A stretch of DNA of 63,672 nucleotides, filler included, from Choristocarpus tenellus KU-1152 (Eukaryota; Protista; Phaeophyceae): the NCBI GenBank assembly GCA_964200185.2. It is 11 parts of 11 records of this genome, joined end to end, with 100 filler letters (N's around TTAATTAATTAA, not from the genome) between each part and the next. Parts side by side here need not be neighbours in the genome. Positions count along the whole stretch, not along the records: positions 48,935 to 53,549 come from CAXNAD020013787.1; positions 53,650 to 56,406 come from CAXNAD020025007.1; positions 56,507 to 63,672 come from CAXNAD020006592.1; 8 more parts are not named here. One strand, given 5' to 3'. The notes below the pieces were generated by a model. That model saw only the letters and a program-made list of their open reading frames with translations, was not told the DNA's origin and ran no database searches. Shown here piece by piece: positions 50,331 through 63,561 of this stretch (positions are counted from its first letter, which is position 1; each line of letters starts with the position of its first letter). The position numbers and the translations under genes are program-made.

Positions 50331-52074
50331 CGACAGGAACAACTTGTGCGCCAACGCCAACATGACCAGTACCAGCACCAATACAGGCAATCCAACGAGT
50401 TGGGTCAAGCAACAGGAGATAGCAGAGATGCTAACATTGCTGCACCAACATCCATGATATCTGTGTCTCCCATGAGTGATGGGTTAACTGCCCCACCAAC
50501 TCCAGATGTTTCCCAGAGTTCAAATGAAGGAGCACAAGGCAAGGAAGAAGGTGATGTTGATGATGGCACCACAGGGCGCTCAACTTTAGTGCAGGACAAC
50601 TGTATGGGGAGTGTGGGGGAAACTGGTGTGGGGGACAGGGATGATAGCATGAGTAGGATAGAAGCAGTGGTAAAGGACGATGGGAAGGGTGGGGGCAATG
50701 AGGCAGCTATGTTGACTTTAGGGAATGCTGTAGAACCAATGATTGATGTTGCATGTGAGACGGGAGTGATGGTAGATGGGGATCCAGAGGGTGGGGATAG
50801 TGCAGACCAGGCTGTAGGAGCCCAGCGGGAAGGTGCTGGGCTAGGCGTTAGCACTTTAAGCAAGATAGGTTCAGTGGACAGTGATGTGGCGACTGACAAC
50901 AATAGAGGGCAAGCTGTGGGGGCTGTGGAGGCAAGTACCGGGCCAGGGGATGATAATTCAAGTGAGACCAGAGCAATGGTGAATGCTGCAGGTTCAAAGA
51001 ATGCCCTCAGTGAGACTGGAGCAGTAATTGATGGTGGTGGAATAGGGGCAGGGGATGATTCAGTCAATGACACTGGAGAGGTACAGAATACGGTTGCAAC
51101 AGATTCAGAGGGTGATACGATCAGTGGGACAGAAGCTGTAGTGAACGGCAAGGCAGGGACCAGGGGTGACGAACAACGGCCTGCTTTTGCTGTGTCACAG
51201 GGTGTGTCACAGGGTGCCACAGGTCAGCTTGGCTTGCTACATCATAGTCCGACCGAGCTAGGGGGCGAGGGGGTTAGAGAGAAGGACCAGAAAGCTGGTG
51301 GTGAAGAGGGAGCTGCTGTGGAGCCACACAGCCATACGAGAGAGGTTTCAAATGAGAGGTTGGAGCTAGGGGATGGGGAAGGTGTGGCCGGTGTGGCTGC
51401 AACAGGTTCAAGGCTGGGGTTAGCCTCACCCTCGGCAGAGGTTCACCGCCGGGTGGTGAGGTCGTTGCGGCTGCTGGAGGACTTGATGGATGAGACTGAG
51501 ACTAAAGGTTCTGGTGGTCTAAGGGGGCACGGGGCGAGAACTCGTGGAAAGATGGTACAGATCCACTTTGAGAACAAGGTGGGGTAGTTGCAAAGGGTTG
51601 TGGGGGGATTTGAGGAGGTAAATGGAGCTGTACTTGAGTTCTACCAAAGTCGGATGCACATATTTTTACCAATGAGTTGGGAGGGAGAGGGGCAGACTAT
51701 TACTGTGTTCTTTCATGTCATTTGGATGTGGATGTGCTTCGGTTGTCTCAAGATGTTGTTCAGTGACTTAATCTTTTGACACCATTTTGCGTATAATATT
51801 ACAGAGTGAGAAATTTTAGACAAGGTTTCAGGATAAGTTGATTGTGAGGCACAGATTCTGAGGGGACTTGAACCAATCCCTTCCTCCTTGATGGACATGT
51901 CGAGTATTCTTAGTAGTCTGAGACAAGTATTCTTGTCGAACTGCTCCTAGTATCATTGAGTTTTTTTTCCCCAATCAATCTCCCACCCCCCTTGTCACTA
52001 CACAGATGACTCAACGCTCGCAACTGCCTAAGAGCTTTGATCAGGCAATGTACAGCAACTCAGAGATATGGGAG
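50331..52074 (+). CDS. Large ubiquitin-specific protease (USP9/USP24/USP34-like), two internal exons
   Basis: Exon 50331-51578 has 416 open codons, mostly low-complexity G/D/E/S, and ends RRVVRSLRLLEDLMDETE...GLRGHGARTRGKMVQIHFENK. Exon 52006-52074 reads MTQRSQLPKSFDQAMYSNSEIWE. The R..LL...E...HGA...G...F...SN pattern resembles the region entering the UBL domain of USP9/24/34. The exons are well supported; the family call is tentative. Confidence 0.6.
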
Positions 52075-53501
52075 GTGGGTGCTGCTTTTTGCCATGCTGC
52101 AAATGGTGATACGAGGAGCTGGGCTGAGTGTCCACAGAACCGTAATATTGTTATTAGTACATTCAAAGATAGGGATGTATGTATATACCCAAGTATTATG
52201 TATTTATATTATTGTGTAGTATACATAGGGCTATGGTTAGCATAAAATGTCCTTGCTCGTTTTTGTTCCTGCTCTTGTGTCTCAGGTTGTGAATCTGAGA
52301 ACGTGGGTAACTTTGACTGCTCTACTATTTCTAGTGCAATTCGTGAGAAACATTCCACCCTTTTTATGACCGGGTCTAAGATACAGCACCTTAGAGTGCT
52401 ATAGTGCTATAGTGCTATAGTGCTATTGTACTATGTAATGTCAAGTACCCTATGAAATGTGAATGAATACCCTGATGAGGATGCAGTATGTTTGCCTGCT
52501 CTTACCATGTACTCCATTACTTGTGTTATGTAGCAATGAACAATGTATGACTAAGGCGCAAGAGTACACAGAGTGTGAACTAGGAAAACCTGGAATGTGA
52601 AATGACGTTTACTTCAGTAAAAACCTCTTTATTTTCCTCTTTCTTCACCTCAGGGTTCTGATCATAGAATGTGTTTGATAGATCAGACTTTTGAACCTCC
52701 TGAACTATTGCACCATGTGTTGGAAACAAGTTCCGACTACAGTGAACCATTCCCAGAATTGTGATGAGCAGCTCCTCAAACCCATTAATCCCCAATGTGC
52801 TGTTGAGTAAATTTGTTGTTCTTCGGGGGTGAGAGCATGGACTGTGTCACTTCCACTCTTTGGAGAGTCCCTTACCTTAGGCAGGAGCTCTTCTCCCTTG
52901 CCGTTGCCATACAATCAATCATTTGTGTATACATACATCTGTAAAGTCTACCATTTTTATGGACATCAAGATAAATACATTTTTAGGTACGGAAGCGAGT
53001 TGCAGCCTTAGGGCACATGGCTGTTTGGTCTGTACAGCTGAGGAGAGGGGGAAGGGAAATCACTGACAGGGAGAACTCAAGGACTCTCAGGGACCTTCGG
53101 ACCAGGTGTATAATGCGGTATTGACAGGGTATTATTGCTATGCCTCAGTGTTGTGTAATTTTTTTGGTGGAAGGCTCTAGAGCTAACCTTGGTATAGTGT
53201 TGGGAAGACGGTTGCGGTAAAATATTGGTATCTTGCTATGAATAGGGACATAGCAAGGTTGATACGTGTGTTAACGATCCAATAGGGGGTGCTTGAAAGG
53301 CAATACATACATATTATATTAGTGTTGGGATTTTTATGTGGCAATCAAGATTAAATTGTGTTTGGGATGAGGTGTACTCTTTTGAGGCACAACTCTGCCA
53401 GTGTGTGGGACAAAATTGTATATATTTTCATCGCACAATAGAATTATTTCAATGAAAACCACTGTTACTCGCTTTGTTCCACTCTTCATCTATATATATA
53501 G

Positions 53502-53532
<31 letters not shown>

Positions 53533-54748
53533 TGGGGGGGGGGGAAGGANNNNNNNNNNNNNNNNNNNNNNNNNNNNNNNNNNNNNNNNNNNNTTAATTA
53601 ATTAANNNNNNNNNNNNNNNNNNNNNNNNNNNNNNNNNNNNNNNNNNNNCACTCACATTTCACCCTCCGCCCCATCCAACAAAACCACCCAAAAAACGGG
53701 GGGGGAAAAAAAGGAACGCCCCCCCCCCCCCCCCCCCCCCCCCCCGACACTTTGAGCCACTGACAGAGATGTAAGGATGGGCAGTGGAAGTACTGGGGAG
53801 CATACATTAAGTCTAAGCAAAGTGAGCCAGTAGTGCCAATCCTACCTTTCAGTCAACCTGAAAAATCAAAGGGTGCAGCCAGCAGTAAGAGATAGTTTAT
53901 GGAATTTGCATTAAAGATTCCATGTGTGCAATTGTAGTACAATAAGTAGGGTTAGTACTTATGTAAGAGTGCTAGAGTAAAGGAAAAAGAGCTTCCTCCT
54001 AAATTTTACAACCAAAGGAAAAGAACGTTTTTGATGCTTGCCCTCCCACTCTATCAGTCCACCAATCTCTTTCAGGAGATATCTGCTGTCCATACTTTGT
54101 TTGAATGAAGGTGGGGCTTGTGGGATGGAGCATCAGCTTGCCTCAAAGTTAACTCAGAGTATGGTTGATGTTAATGCGTATGTGACTTGATAACAAATCA
54201 TTTCTATTCTCAAGGTTCTGTGCAGCACACTATACTTCAGTGGAACATATCGACTTACACCTCAAGGACAAAAATCCCCACAATACCGATCTCATACATC
54301 TTAAAACATACAAAATATCAGTGCACTGATACCTTTCAGGTTACACTGTTGAATGGAGGATCAGGATTCACAAACAAATATATATATATATATCTGCCCT
54401 CCAAAGACTGTTTAAAGAGGATGATCTACTCCCACTCTTCCATATTACTTCAAACGTTGCATTGAACATCGTCATCGTACTCTGTTGGTGCAAGCATTGC
54501 CCGCAGGGCACCACACAGACAGTGCCCGCACATGTGGTGTTGGTTTCCTATGGATGGATTATCTTGCAAGGACAATCGACTTCAAAGATGACAAGAATTT
54601 GTGAAAAATAGGATCCAGCAAGCCCACCAAATAGATAAAAAATATACGAATTTATCAGAGGTGCAGTATTTGTGCATAGTAAGATAATTTGCAGAAGAGA
54701 GGTAACAAGACACAGGAGAGAGATAACACGGATATATTCACATAGTTG

Positions 54749-55296
54749 TCAACCCCCACCCAGAAGATGTGGTCGCTTCTCCCAGAATTCGTCACTGATG
54801 ATGTCACATGCATCTTGCTCTATGGGACCTGTTAAGATGACATCTCTCTCCTTCTTGCTCCTTTTGATCTTAGAACTACCCTTTCCTCGCTGTTCAATTG
54901 AGCTTGAAACTTTCATCTCCTCACCCCTCAAATCCAGTTCACTGCTAGTGACGTTACGAGAACTAACTGCAGCTGCTCCTGCAGAGTGACTTCCCCTGTG
55001 AACACCACCCTTGGGATAACAATCTGTCCCACCTAAGGACACTCCCTTTCCTGCCTGAGTCACTGCCAAGGTCATTTCATCACCTGCCATATTCCCCCTC
55101 ATTATCCTCAAACTTGACCCCTTTGCCTCTGAGCTTGACTGGCCGGCTCCAGGCCGAGATCGATAGAGGGTGGTACCCTTCCGGAAGCGCTGGGGCACAT
55201 CATTGTAGTTAACACCAAACCGTGAGAACAGAAGCTCATTTTTGTCACCAGATGTAGTCCCTTTAAGAGCAATCTGGGCATCTTGCTTGGTCATGC
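54749..55296 (-). CDS. THG1: tRNA(His) guanylyltransferase, last exon
   Basis: After a TAG acceptor: MTKQDAQIALKGTTSGDKNELLFSRFGVNYNDVPQRFRKGTTLYR ... CDIISDEFWEKRPHLL, the Thg1 C-terminal domain motifs. Confidence 0.93.
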
Positions 55297-56506
55297 CTAC
55301 ACCAATCCCCAAGTTTGTGTTCAGGGCAAGGGATACAATGGAGCCGAAGTGGCAGCAGCAGCAGTGAACAGAGTGTCTTCCATAACTTGTCTTTGTTAAC
55401 TAGTAAGCCCTGGCAAGTGTTAACTATGGTGCCCTCTTAAAAGTGAGCAGGAGATTCCTTCTTGTCAACTACTGTAGCATGACCTGAATATGCAGGCTGG
55501 TCCTTATTTTGCAGAACAGAAATAATTCTATGAGGTAAGGTTCCAGTAACAGCAAACAAGTGTCATCGTGATAAAAGGATTGACAATGCAATGAATCACT
55601 GGCATCCAAGAAACGTGCAATAGATGTCTAATCATTGCCCGGCTCGAATTCTACGAAAGTAAAAATAGTGGGGTTACACAACCAGGTGGGGGTATGCATT
55701 TTTTTACATCGGCCATTGCCTGGGCAGTACCAAGACTCGCAAAATGAGGGTATACCTCCTTGAGTGTGCCTGCTATTGGCTGTATGTGCAGAACCACCAA
55801 GGAGTTGGCCTAAGGGGGACTAACTACTCATGAATAATAAATTCCCAAGTCACTACCAAAGTGTCCCTTTCTGTGTTTAAAGGTTCAACTCCTTAAAAAC
55901 AAGGAATGCTCCCAGCGTGAAAATATCTTCATCCAATGGGTCTCTGTGTGCCAAAATAGGGTCCCTACTGAGAGAACCTACCAGATATCCCTCCTGCTGT
56001 ATACCTTGAAACTATTGGCCATAGAGATATTTCAAAGAGGGCCAACTATTCCAGCTTTGAGCACAGCAAAAACTTAAGGAAAGTGATACAGTGCATACCC
56101 GGGAGTCCCCACCCTTTCTTGCAATACAGAGTGTCATTGTCATGCTTGTCCCCATGAATGAAACTGCACCCAAAGTTATACACCCCCAAAAAGTGTTATT
56201 CGAGGTATGAAAGGAAAAGAAAAGGCCCCCCACCAATCAACAAGGAATACAACCCAATCGAGCTTATGATTGGTGGCCTAAGGCATATGATTCCACATCA
56301 AAACGATACCATTCCCGAGAGAATAAGTATGTCGGGTACGAGGGGTAGGCACGGGGGGGAGGAGCGGGTGATGGGGGGGGGGGGGGGGGAGGGCAATGTT
56401 TACCTCNNNNNNNNNNNNNNNNNNNNNNNNNNNNNNNNNNNNNNNNNNNNTTAATTAATTAANNNNNNNNNNNNNNNNNNNNNNNNNNNNNNNNNNNNNN
56501 NNNNNN

Positions 56507-56560
<54 letters not shown>

Positions 56561-57133
56561 CGGAAGTGAGGAAGGTGGAGTACAGATACTAATAACATGC
56601 AGATCATAAGTGGAAACCAGGAGATCAAGAAAGGATGAAATTCAAAGTAAACGAGGGGGGGATGTCACTGAGGTTTAAGGGTCCCTCTGACTTTCTGGTA
56701 GCACATATTATTGGAGCACACAGTCCACAAGTGTGGAATGTATTTTGGCTATATGTTATTTACGTTATTTACGTTCAATTTTCAGAACAGTAAATAAATT
56801 TTAAACATAACAGTGATAAACAACAGGCTATAGTAAATCCTGATCGGCACATGCTTTCAAACATTTCCCATGTACTTTAAACAAACATGAAAACCCTTCA
56901 AACCTTGTATCCCTTTAAAAAAAACAAAAAAACAATTTAATTCACAAACACACACCGCTCTTGCCTACATTCACTCAAAACACCTATGAATCCATCAATA
57001 CAGCAGAATCAACCTCAACCCCATCCCCAATCTGCTCAGATCCTACCAACCAGAGAACCACTACCACCACATACAAAGTCATGCACCACCATGACTTTGT
57101 ACTGACCTCCACAGCTGTCTCACACCTCCATAC

Positions 57134-60100
57134 CCTCTCTGTGCATCAACACCGGCAGAGGCTGAGTCTGGAGGACTCGGCACCTTCCAGAAGCACACAA
57201 GGGACATAGAAGGAGTTCCTGGCATTTGGATGTTCACTATCAACAGCGTGGATGTAGTCCCATCTTCTGCCTCAATAGCTGAGGCTAGGCGCATGGCGAT
57301 CCCTTCAGCCTTTCCCTGAGACGCTATGTGATCCACTCGCCCAAGTCCTTGACCTTCCACACTAAACAGCTCCACTCGAACCTGATACAAGATAAGGTAC
57401 AAGATAAGGTACAAGATAAGTACCAATAGTACCAACAGTACCAACAGTACCAACAGTACCAACAGTACCAACAGTACCAACAGTACCAACAATACCAATA
57501 GTACCAATAGTACCAACAGTACCAACAGTACCAATATGCTTTATATTCAGGGTACTTGGGAAATGTACCAAAGTATTTGCATTGGATATCCTTGAATATC
57601 ATTGAATATCAAGCACACTCAGCAAAAAAGAAGAGACAATCGCTTCATCCCAAACATGGGAACGCCTCCCATCATCACAACAAAATCTACAATCCATCCA
57701 CGGGCATACACACCACAACCAAACCCTAACCCTAAACAATGAATACAACAATACATAAAACAATAAATACAACAAAATCACAATAACAAAATCACAATAC
57801 AACTCACCAACTCCCCCAATGCAGCGCCAGCATCCCCCACCGGTACCCCAAACATCCCTCCAAGTTCTGGTCGTGTCAGCTGACCACCGCCCCCCTCCCC
57901 CTTCCCTCCCTTAAACTCCAATCCCACCCCTCCTACAAGGACCCCTTCATTATCCTTGTCTAGCCATGGGGTTTTCCTTTCCTCCCCTGGGTCATTGCTA
58001 AGGGGTGAAGGAAAACATGCAAACGCACTGCTGCCCTGGCCAGCCCTGCACCATCAGAATTTTCAACAAATGAAACGATATGTTCTGCATAACATCATTG
58101 CATTTTTTTTTTTCAAATCACTTTTCCTTTCTATTGTTGACTTTCAAAAAGAAAAATATGTAACTATCATTGAAAACATTGCAACATATTGACATTGATA
58201 TACTTCAACTCTACTATTGATAATATCAATAAAAATATCAATAATAATATCAATAATAATATCAATAACAATATCAACAATAATATCAATTATACCAAAC
58301 TACTATTGTACACTCACTGTCACTTTGAAGATGTTGCCACAAAAAGAGACAAATACACAGCAATCACTACTGAATCTGAATGTGCTTCAAATTTTAATTC
58401 TCTATGGTGGTGTTTGTATTTTCAGAACAGTACTGCCTACAACAACAAAAAGTTCACAATCCTATCACAAGGAATCTATGCTACAACTTCCAACACATCG
58501 CCATTGATATCGTAACTCCAATTTATTGATAATTTTACTGACATCGTATCATTCATATCATTATCATTGAAATGAATCATATCATTATCATTGAAATGAA
58601 TCATATCATTATCATTGAAATGAATCGTATCATTATCATTAAAAATAATCATATCATTAACATTAAAAATAATCATATCATTATCATTAAAAATAATCAT
58701 ATCATTAACATTAAAAATAATCATATCATTATCATTGAAATTAATCGTATCATTATCATTGAAATGGATCATATCATTATCATTAAAAATAATCATATCA
58801 TTAACTTTGAAATTAATCAATCTTTCAGGATTTCCAAAAAGTGCTAGTACCAATGTAGTAAAAACCATAATCTATTTTGTTGTTGCTTGTACCAAAATAA
58901 AAAATTAAATAAATATATGCAATAACAACAAGAAATCACAATGAAGATAATCGCAGTAGTCTAATACAGAAAAATAACAATAATCAAAACAGCAGTCAAC
59001 CCTAGAACAAAAAAAAATGATACTCACAATATATCGAGGAGATCACTATACTTGCAGTAATCAAAATGCTCAAAGTATACATAGTACATTTAACAGAGTC
59101 GAGCATATATTTCATGACAATAATTACATAATAGACAGAAACAATCAACAGAGGCTGATGCAAACATAAAACACTACTATATACTTTGTTGCAGAAGCTA
59201 CCAAAGGTAGAGGACAAACCCCTATGAACAAATACATTTACAACAAATTAGTCATAAAAGAACCAAGACTATAATAAATTACACACAGATCTACTCTACA
59301 CTCTGAATAGTATAATATCAGTATCAGTAGCACAGCAGAAGATAGACCTCTATGCAGCGTTGGGATAGTCAATGCCCGCCTTCCAATATACAAAACACAC
59401 ACACACATATAAACATAGTATGTACATTTAATTGATGACAATGCGAACCCTTGCATCTCTATTTAAAAAAAACACAATCACCTGTACAGTGGCTGGGAGG
59501 CTTCTAAGTCAAGGTGATTCAGGCGAACACTACCAATCAGACACTCCGGCAACTCCTTCTCAGACTCCCCTTGTATACCAAAGCCCAGATCAACCACCTG
59601 GGCAAGCAGGGGAAGGGGGGCTTGAGCATTATTACTTAATGGACATTGCATGGATGCAGGAAAGGTTGAAGAGAGAGAGTATGTCACACAGTATGTACTG
59701 ATTCCCATTCACGAGACACAGGTATAGAGACACAGGTATAGAGGGTAGTAATCTTAGAGAGCTCTGCAGTGGTATTAATCTTCTCAGCACACACTCTGAA
59801 ACTTTGAACAAGCAATTGGACCTTACATTGCACTCATGAATTCCTACGCCCCCCCCACCCCCTCCCCCCAGGAAATACAAGTCTCCTGTCAAACACAATA
59901 CGATTACACTCTGTCCAGTAGTAATGCTTCCATGTAGAATTGAGGTACATTCTATGGGAGGGGTTATTGGGGGGATGAGAGGCAACACTAAAGGGTTCAC
60001 CACGTGACAAGAAGGCGGATTCAATTTTCACCTTAGACAGGAACATATGTCTTATCAAAATTTGCACAGCTCCCCCCCCCCTGCCTCATCAATCGTGTCC

Positions 60101-63100
60101 CCAAGGGCTAGGGCTATTCTCATCACCAGTAAAATAAAAGTATCACCTCTAATTTCTCGTAAGATGAAATATTTAAAATTTTCGACATCTTCAAAACGGT
60201 GAAATAAAATATGTAAGTAGCTTGCCAAATGATAAAATAAATAATAAAAAATGTCAAACACAGCTTTTCACAATCCCATATTTACGCCATATATATTGTT
60301 GTCCCTCAACTCCCTCACAAAAAAAAAAAATGATAACAGTGCCCTCCATCTGCCCCCAGCCCCAGAAATCCTTCTCCCATACCTGGTGACATACACGGTA
60401 CACATCCATACCCGCCTTTCTAATGACTACAAACACCACTACGCACACACACACACATTTCTACATAAACTCGATAAATTCTATGCATGTGAGTACTTGG
60501 TCTAGTCTAGTCCAGTCCTGTCAAGCCTAGACAAAAACTTCACAATTAGGTTTTTGATTAAACTCCTGTAACAATTGCAAAACTGCAATTTTATGAACTA
60601 TTTCACATCACAAGAAAAAAAAAATGTTATTTTTCTTCATACCTGACCCTCCACAGACTAAAAACTCAAAAAATAAAAAGAGTTACTATCGGTTAATAAT
60701 AAATTTGTAAACTAATAATAATATATTAATAAATTAATACTACGTTTATAAACTAACAGACAATTCAAATTCACCAGACTCTTGACATATCGATCAATAA
60801 TAAAAATATAAACTAATAATAATATATTTATAAACTAACAGACAATTCAAATTCACCAGACTCTTGACATATCGATCAATAATAAAATTATAAACTAATA
60901 ATAATATATTTATAAGCTAACAGACAATTCAAATTCACCAGACTCTTGACATATCGATCAATAATAAAATTATAAACTAACAATAATATATTTACAAACT
61001 AACAGACAATTCAAATTCACCAGACTCTTGGCATATCGATCAATAATAAATTTATATACTAATAATAATATATTTATAAATTAATACTACGTTTATAAAC
61101 TAACAGACAATTCAAATTCACCAGACTCTTCACATATCGATCAATAATAAATTTATAAACTAATATTATTATATTATTATTATTTTATAAATTAATACTA
61201 CGTTTATAAACTAACAGACAATTCAAATCCACCAGACTCTTGGCATATAGATCAATAGTAAATTTATAAACTAATAATAATACATTATAAACTAACAGAC
61301 AATTCAAATTCACCAGACTCTTGGCATATCCCATTGCCAGTGACGTAGCATTGTATGCCACTACCGAAGAACCAATGTCCACATCTGTCTCCATGAATCC
61401 TTTCCCCTGGAAATACCTATTGGAAAAAGAACCAAGAAAGAAAACAACAAATGTAAAAAAACAAATATTTAAGTTGACGAGGTGTACATGTGTGAGAAAC
61501 ACAACATATGATACATTCATTACCTGTGTAAACAAAAAAATAAGATGGTAAAAATATTGTAACCCTCACTCCCACCTTCTTATTGAATACAAACAAGAAC
61601 ACCTTATATCATGAAACACTCTCATTCATCCAATTATCCAGGGAGATTGATGGTGTCACAATTCACGTCAAACCATCATTTTAAAGCTTCAACTATGTCA
61701 GACAAAACAACATTTCCATATCTTGATTAAATTTAAATAAAAAAAAAAGTAATTCTCAAACAATTTTTTATTATCATTACTTACTGAATTAATTTATCAG
61801 TTGCATTTTATCTGGTCAAATCTATTAATCAGATAGTTGTTTTTTGAGGTGAGGTTGAGATTGAAATAGTCAACAAACAATTTTTTTTTGTCATTTTTTA
61901 AAATATAAAACATCCAAGAAAACCTGCAAAAATATATGTTAGGGCCACTAAAAACTATTGTCTCAGGAGTATTCTTCTTACTAGAACAAGAGACACAAGG
62001 GTTGCAACAGCCCAGAGCCACTCTGATTCGCTCTGCAACAACTAGTAGCAACAAAAACTGCCACTCTGGAGCTGATGGTGTAAGCTCTGTAGTCAACAGT
62101 CCATTCCAAGCCATACTACTAATACTACCCAATACTCAGTAAACTACCCTCCTCATGTCAATCTACATTAGGGTTCATTAGGTGAAGCTATATAACAGCA
62201 CTATTTGATAATTGCACCTAAACGCTGACTCCATTTCAGTCTGACATCATTCCAGTAAAAAAAAAACACTTCTTCACACCAACTACAGGACAATCATGAT
62301 CATGATCATTCCCCAAATCCTTCACCTTTCTCATCATAACAACAACAAAGAGGATGTGGAATCCTCTCTCCTTAAGGCTGTCAACACAATTCTAGTTTCA
62401 CCCTCCATCTATCTATTCAAGATTACCATGTACTACAATCGGGAAATAATGTGGTGCCTGGACCAGTACCCTATGAATATGAATATGAACATGAATATGA
62501 ACATTGCAATCACTGTACTGCATGATCATTAATCATGTTACACTCTCACATACCCCCACCCCCCCCAAAAAAAAGAAACAATGTAAGAACGTAAAGTATG
62601 TAAGAATGTAAAAAAAAAGCAACAACAAAAAACATGTACATGCCTTATTATTATTATTATTAATATTATCATTATCATTATATACATATATCCAAAAAGT
62701 ATATATATATATATATAATCACCTGCAGGTGAGCTTCTGCCCAACCAAGAAGGGCTTGCTTCCAACAGCCTTGCGTACAACCCATGCACCCTGAGCCACC
62801 CTGGGAAACATCTTAAGTCGCTTATTGCGATAGTCATTGCAGGGAAGAGCACCATCCCATGGCGCAGGCTCCACCTCTGAATCAGGTTCCACAGAAGAAC
62901 GAATCCCCCCAGGAGAGTCTGACCCTTGTCATTATAGGAAGAAATAGGGTGGATAATGTGGTGGGTAGGAGAGTTATTTTTCATGATATTCATCAATACT
63001 ATAATATACAAAAGTATTTATTAGCATACATCATCCTCCACTATTCTAGGATGTTTTATCATTATTATTATTATTTATTTATTTTATTTTTTATTTCCTT

Positions 63101-63561
63101 CTGTTAACTTTCTTGAGCATGCCCTAACAAAAAATAGTTCCAGTATTCATTACATACATACTTAATACATACCTACCTACATACATATATTTTTCATAAT
63201 ATGTACGTAATACATACATGTATTTCAATAGTAACTTGTCAAGTATCTCATTGACATATTGCATACACTAATGTCTACAAGTTGTCAATCACAATTGTGT
63301 GACATACATATATACACTTAAAACACACACAAATAACCCCACATAGATACAAACACAATATCTACATTTTCTAGGACCACAACCCTAACTCTTAACCCAC
63401 CAAGTGGAATGTTGAGATACTCCTGGAGAAGACCCATGAACCCCTTGCTACAACCCTGCCCCTCCCCTCCCCCAAGCTCCTCCATATCCAGTAGCCATGT
63501 GAGCACCAGAGACACAGGGGTATTGCCAGGGCATTGTATATTCACCACAAACAAAATGTAC
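57134..63561 (-). CDS. Protein with two EDR2 C-terminal (DUF1336) domains, six internal exons
   Basis: Exons 63561-63401 (YILFVVNIQCPGNTPVSLVLTW), 62924-62723 (DYRNKRLKMFPRVAQGAWVVRKAVGSKPFLVGQKL), 61416-61314 (YFQGKGFMETDVDIGSS...GYAKSL), 59597-59482 (VVDLGFGIQGESEKELPECLIGSVRL), 58045-57808 (linker) and 57381-about 57134 (VELF...RVDHIAS...LLIVNIQMPGTPSMSLVCFW). Splice phases are mutually compatible. Confidence 0.88.
57385..57535. repeat. 12-bp and 9-bp tandem repeats just upstream of an acceptor
   Basis: (TACAAGATAAGG) about three times, then (GTACCAACA)n. Confidence 0.95.
58545..58810. repeat. 24-bp AT-rich minisatellite
   Basis: ATCATTATCATTGAAATGAATCAT variants. Explains the spurious repetitive ORFs here. 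Confidence 0.95.
60700..61330. repeat. ~81-110-bp tandem repeat containing an exon end and splice donor
   Basis: Seven occurrences of CTAACAGACAATTCAAAT(T/C)CACCAGACTCTT..CATAT. Confidence 0.95.

Noticed and set aside
50405-51220. 271-aa minus-strand ORF
   Set aside because: Antisense shadow of the plus-strand USP-like exon.
58476-58868. Repetitive ORFs (NDNDMIIF..., also 20464-20875 and 57324-57602)
   Set aside because: Translations of intronic or intergenic minisatellites.
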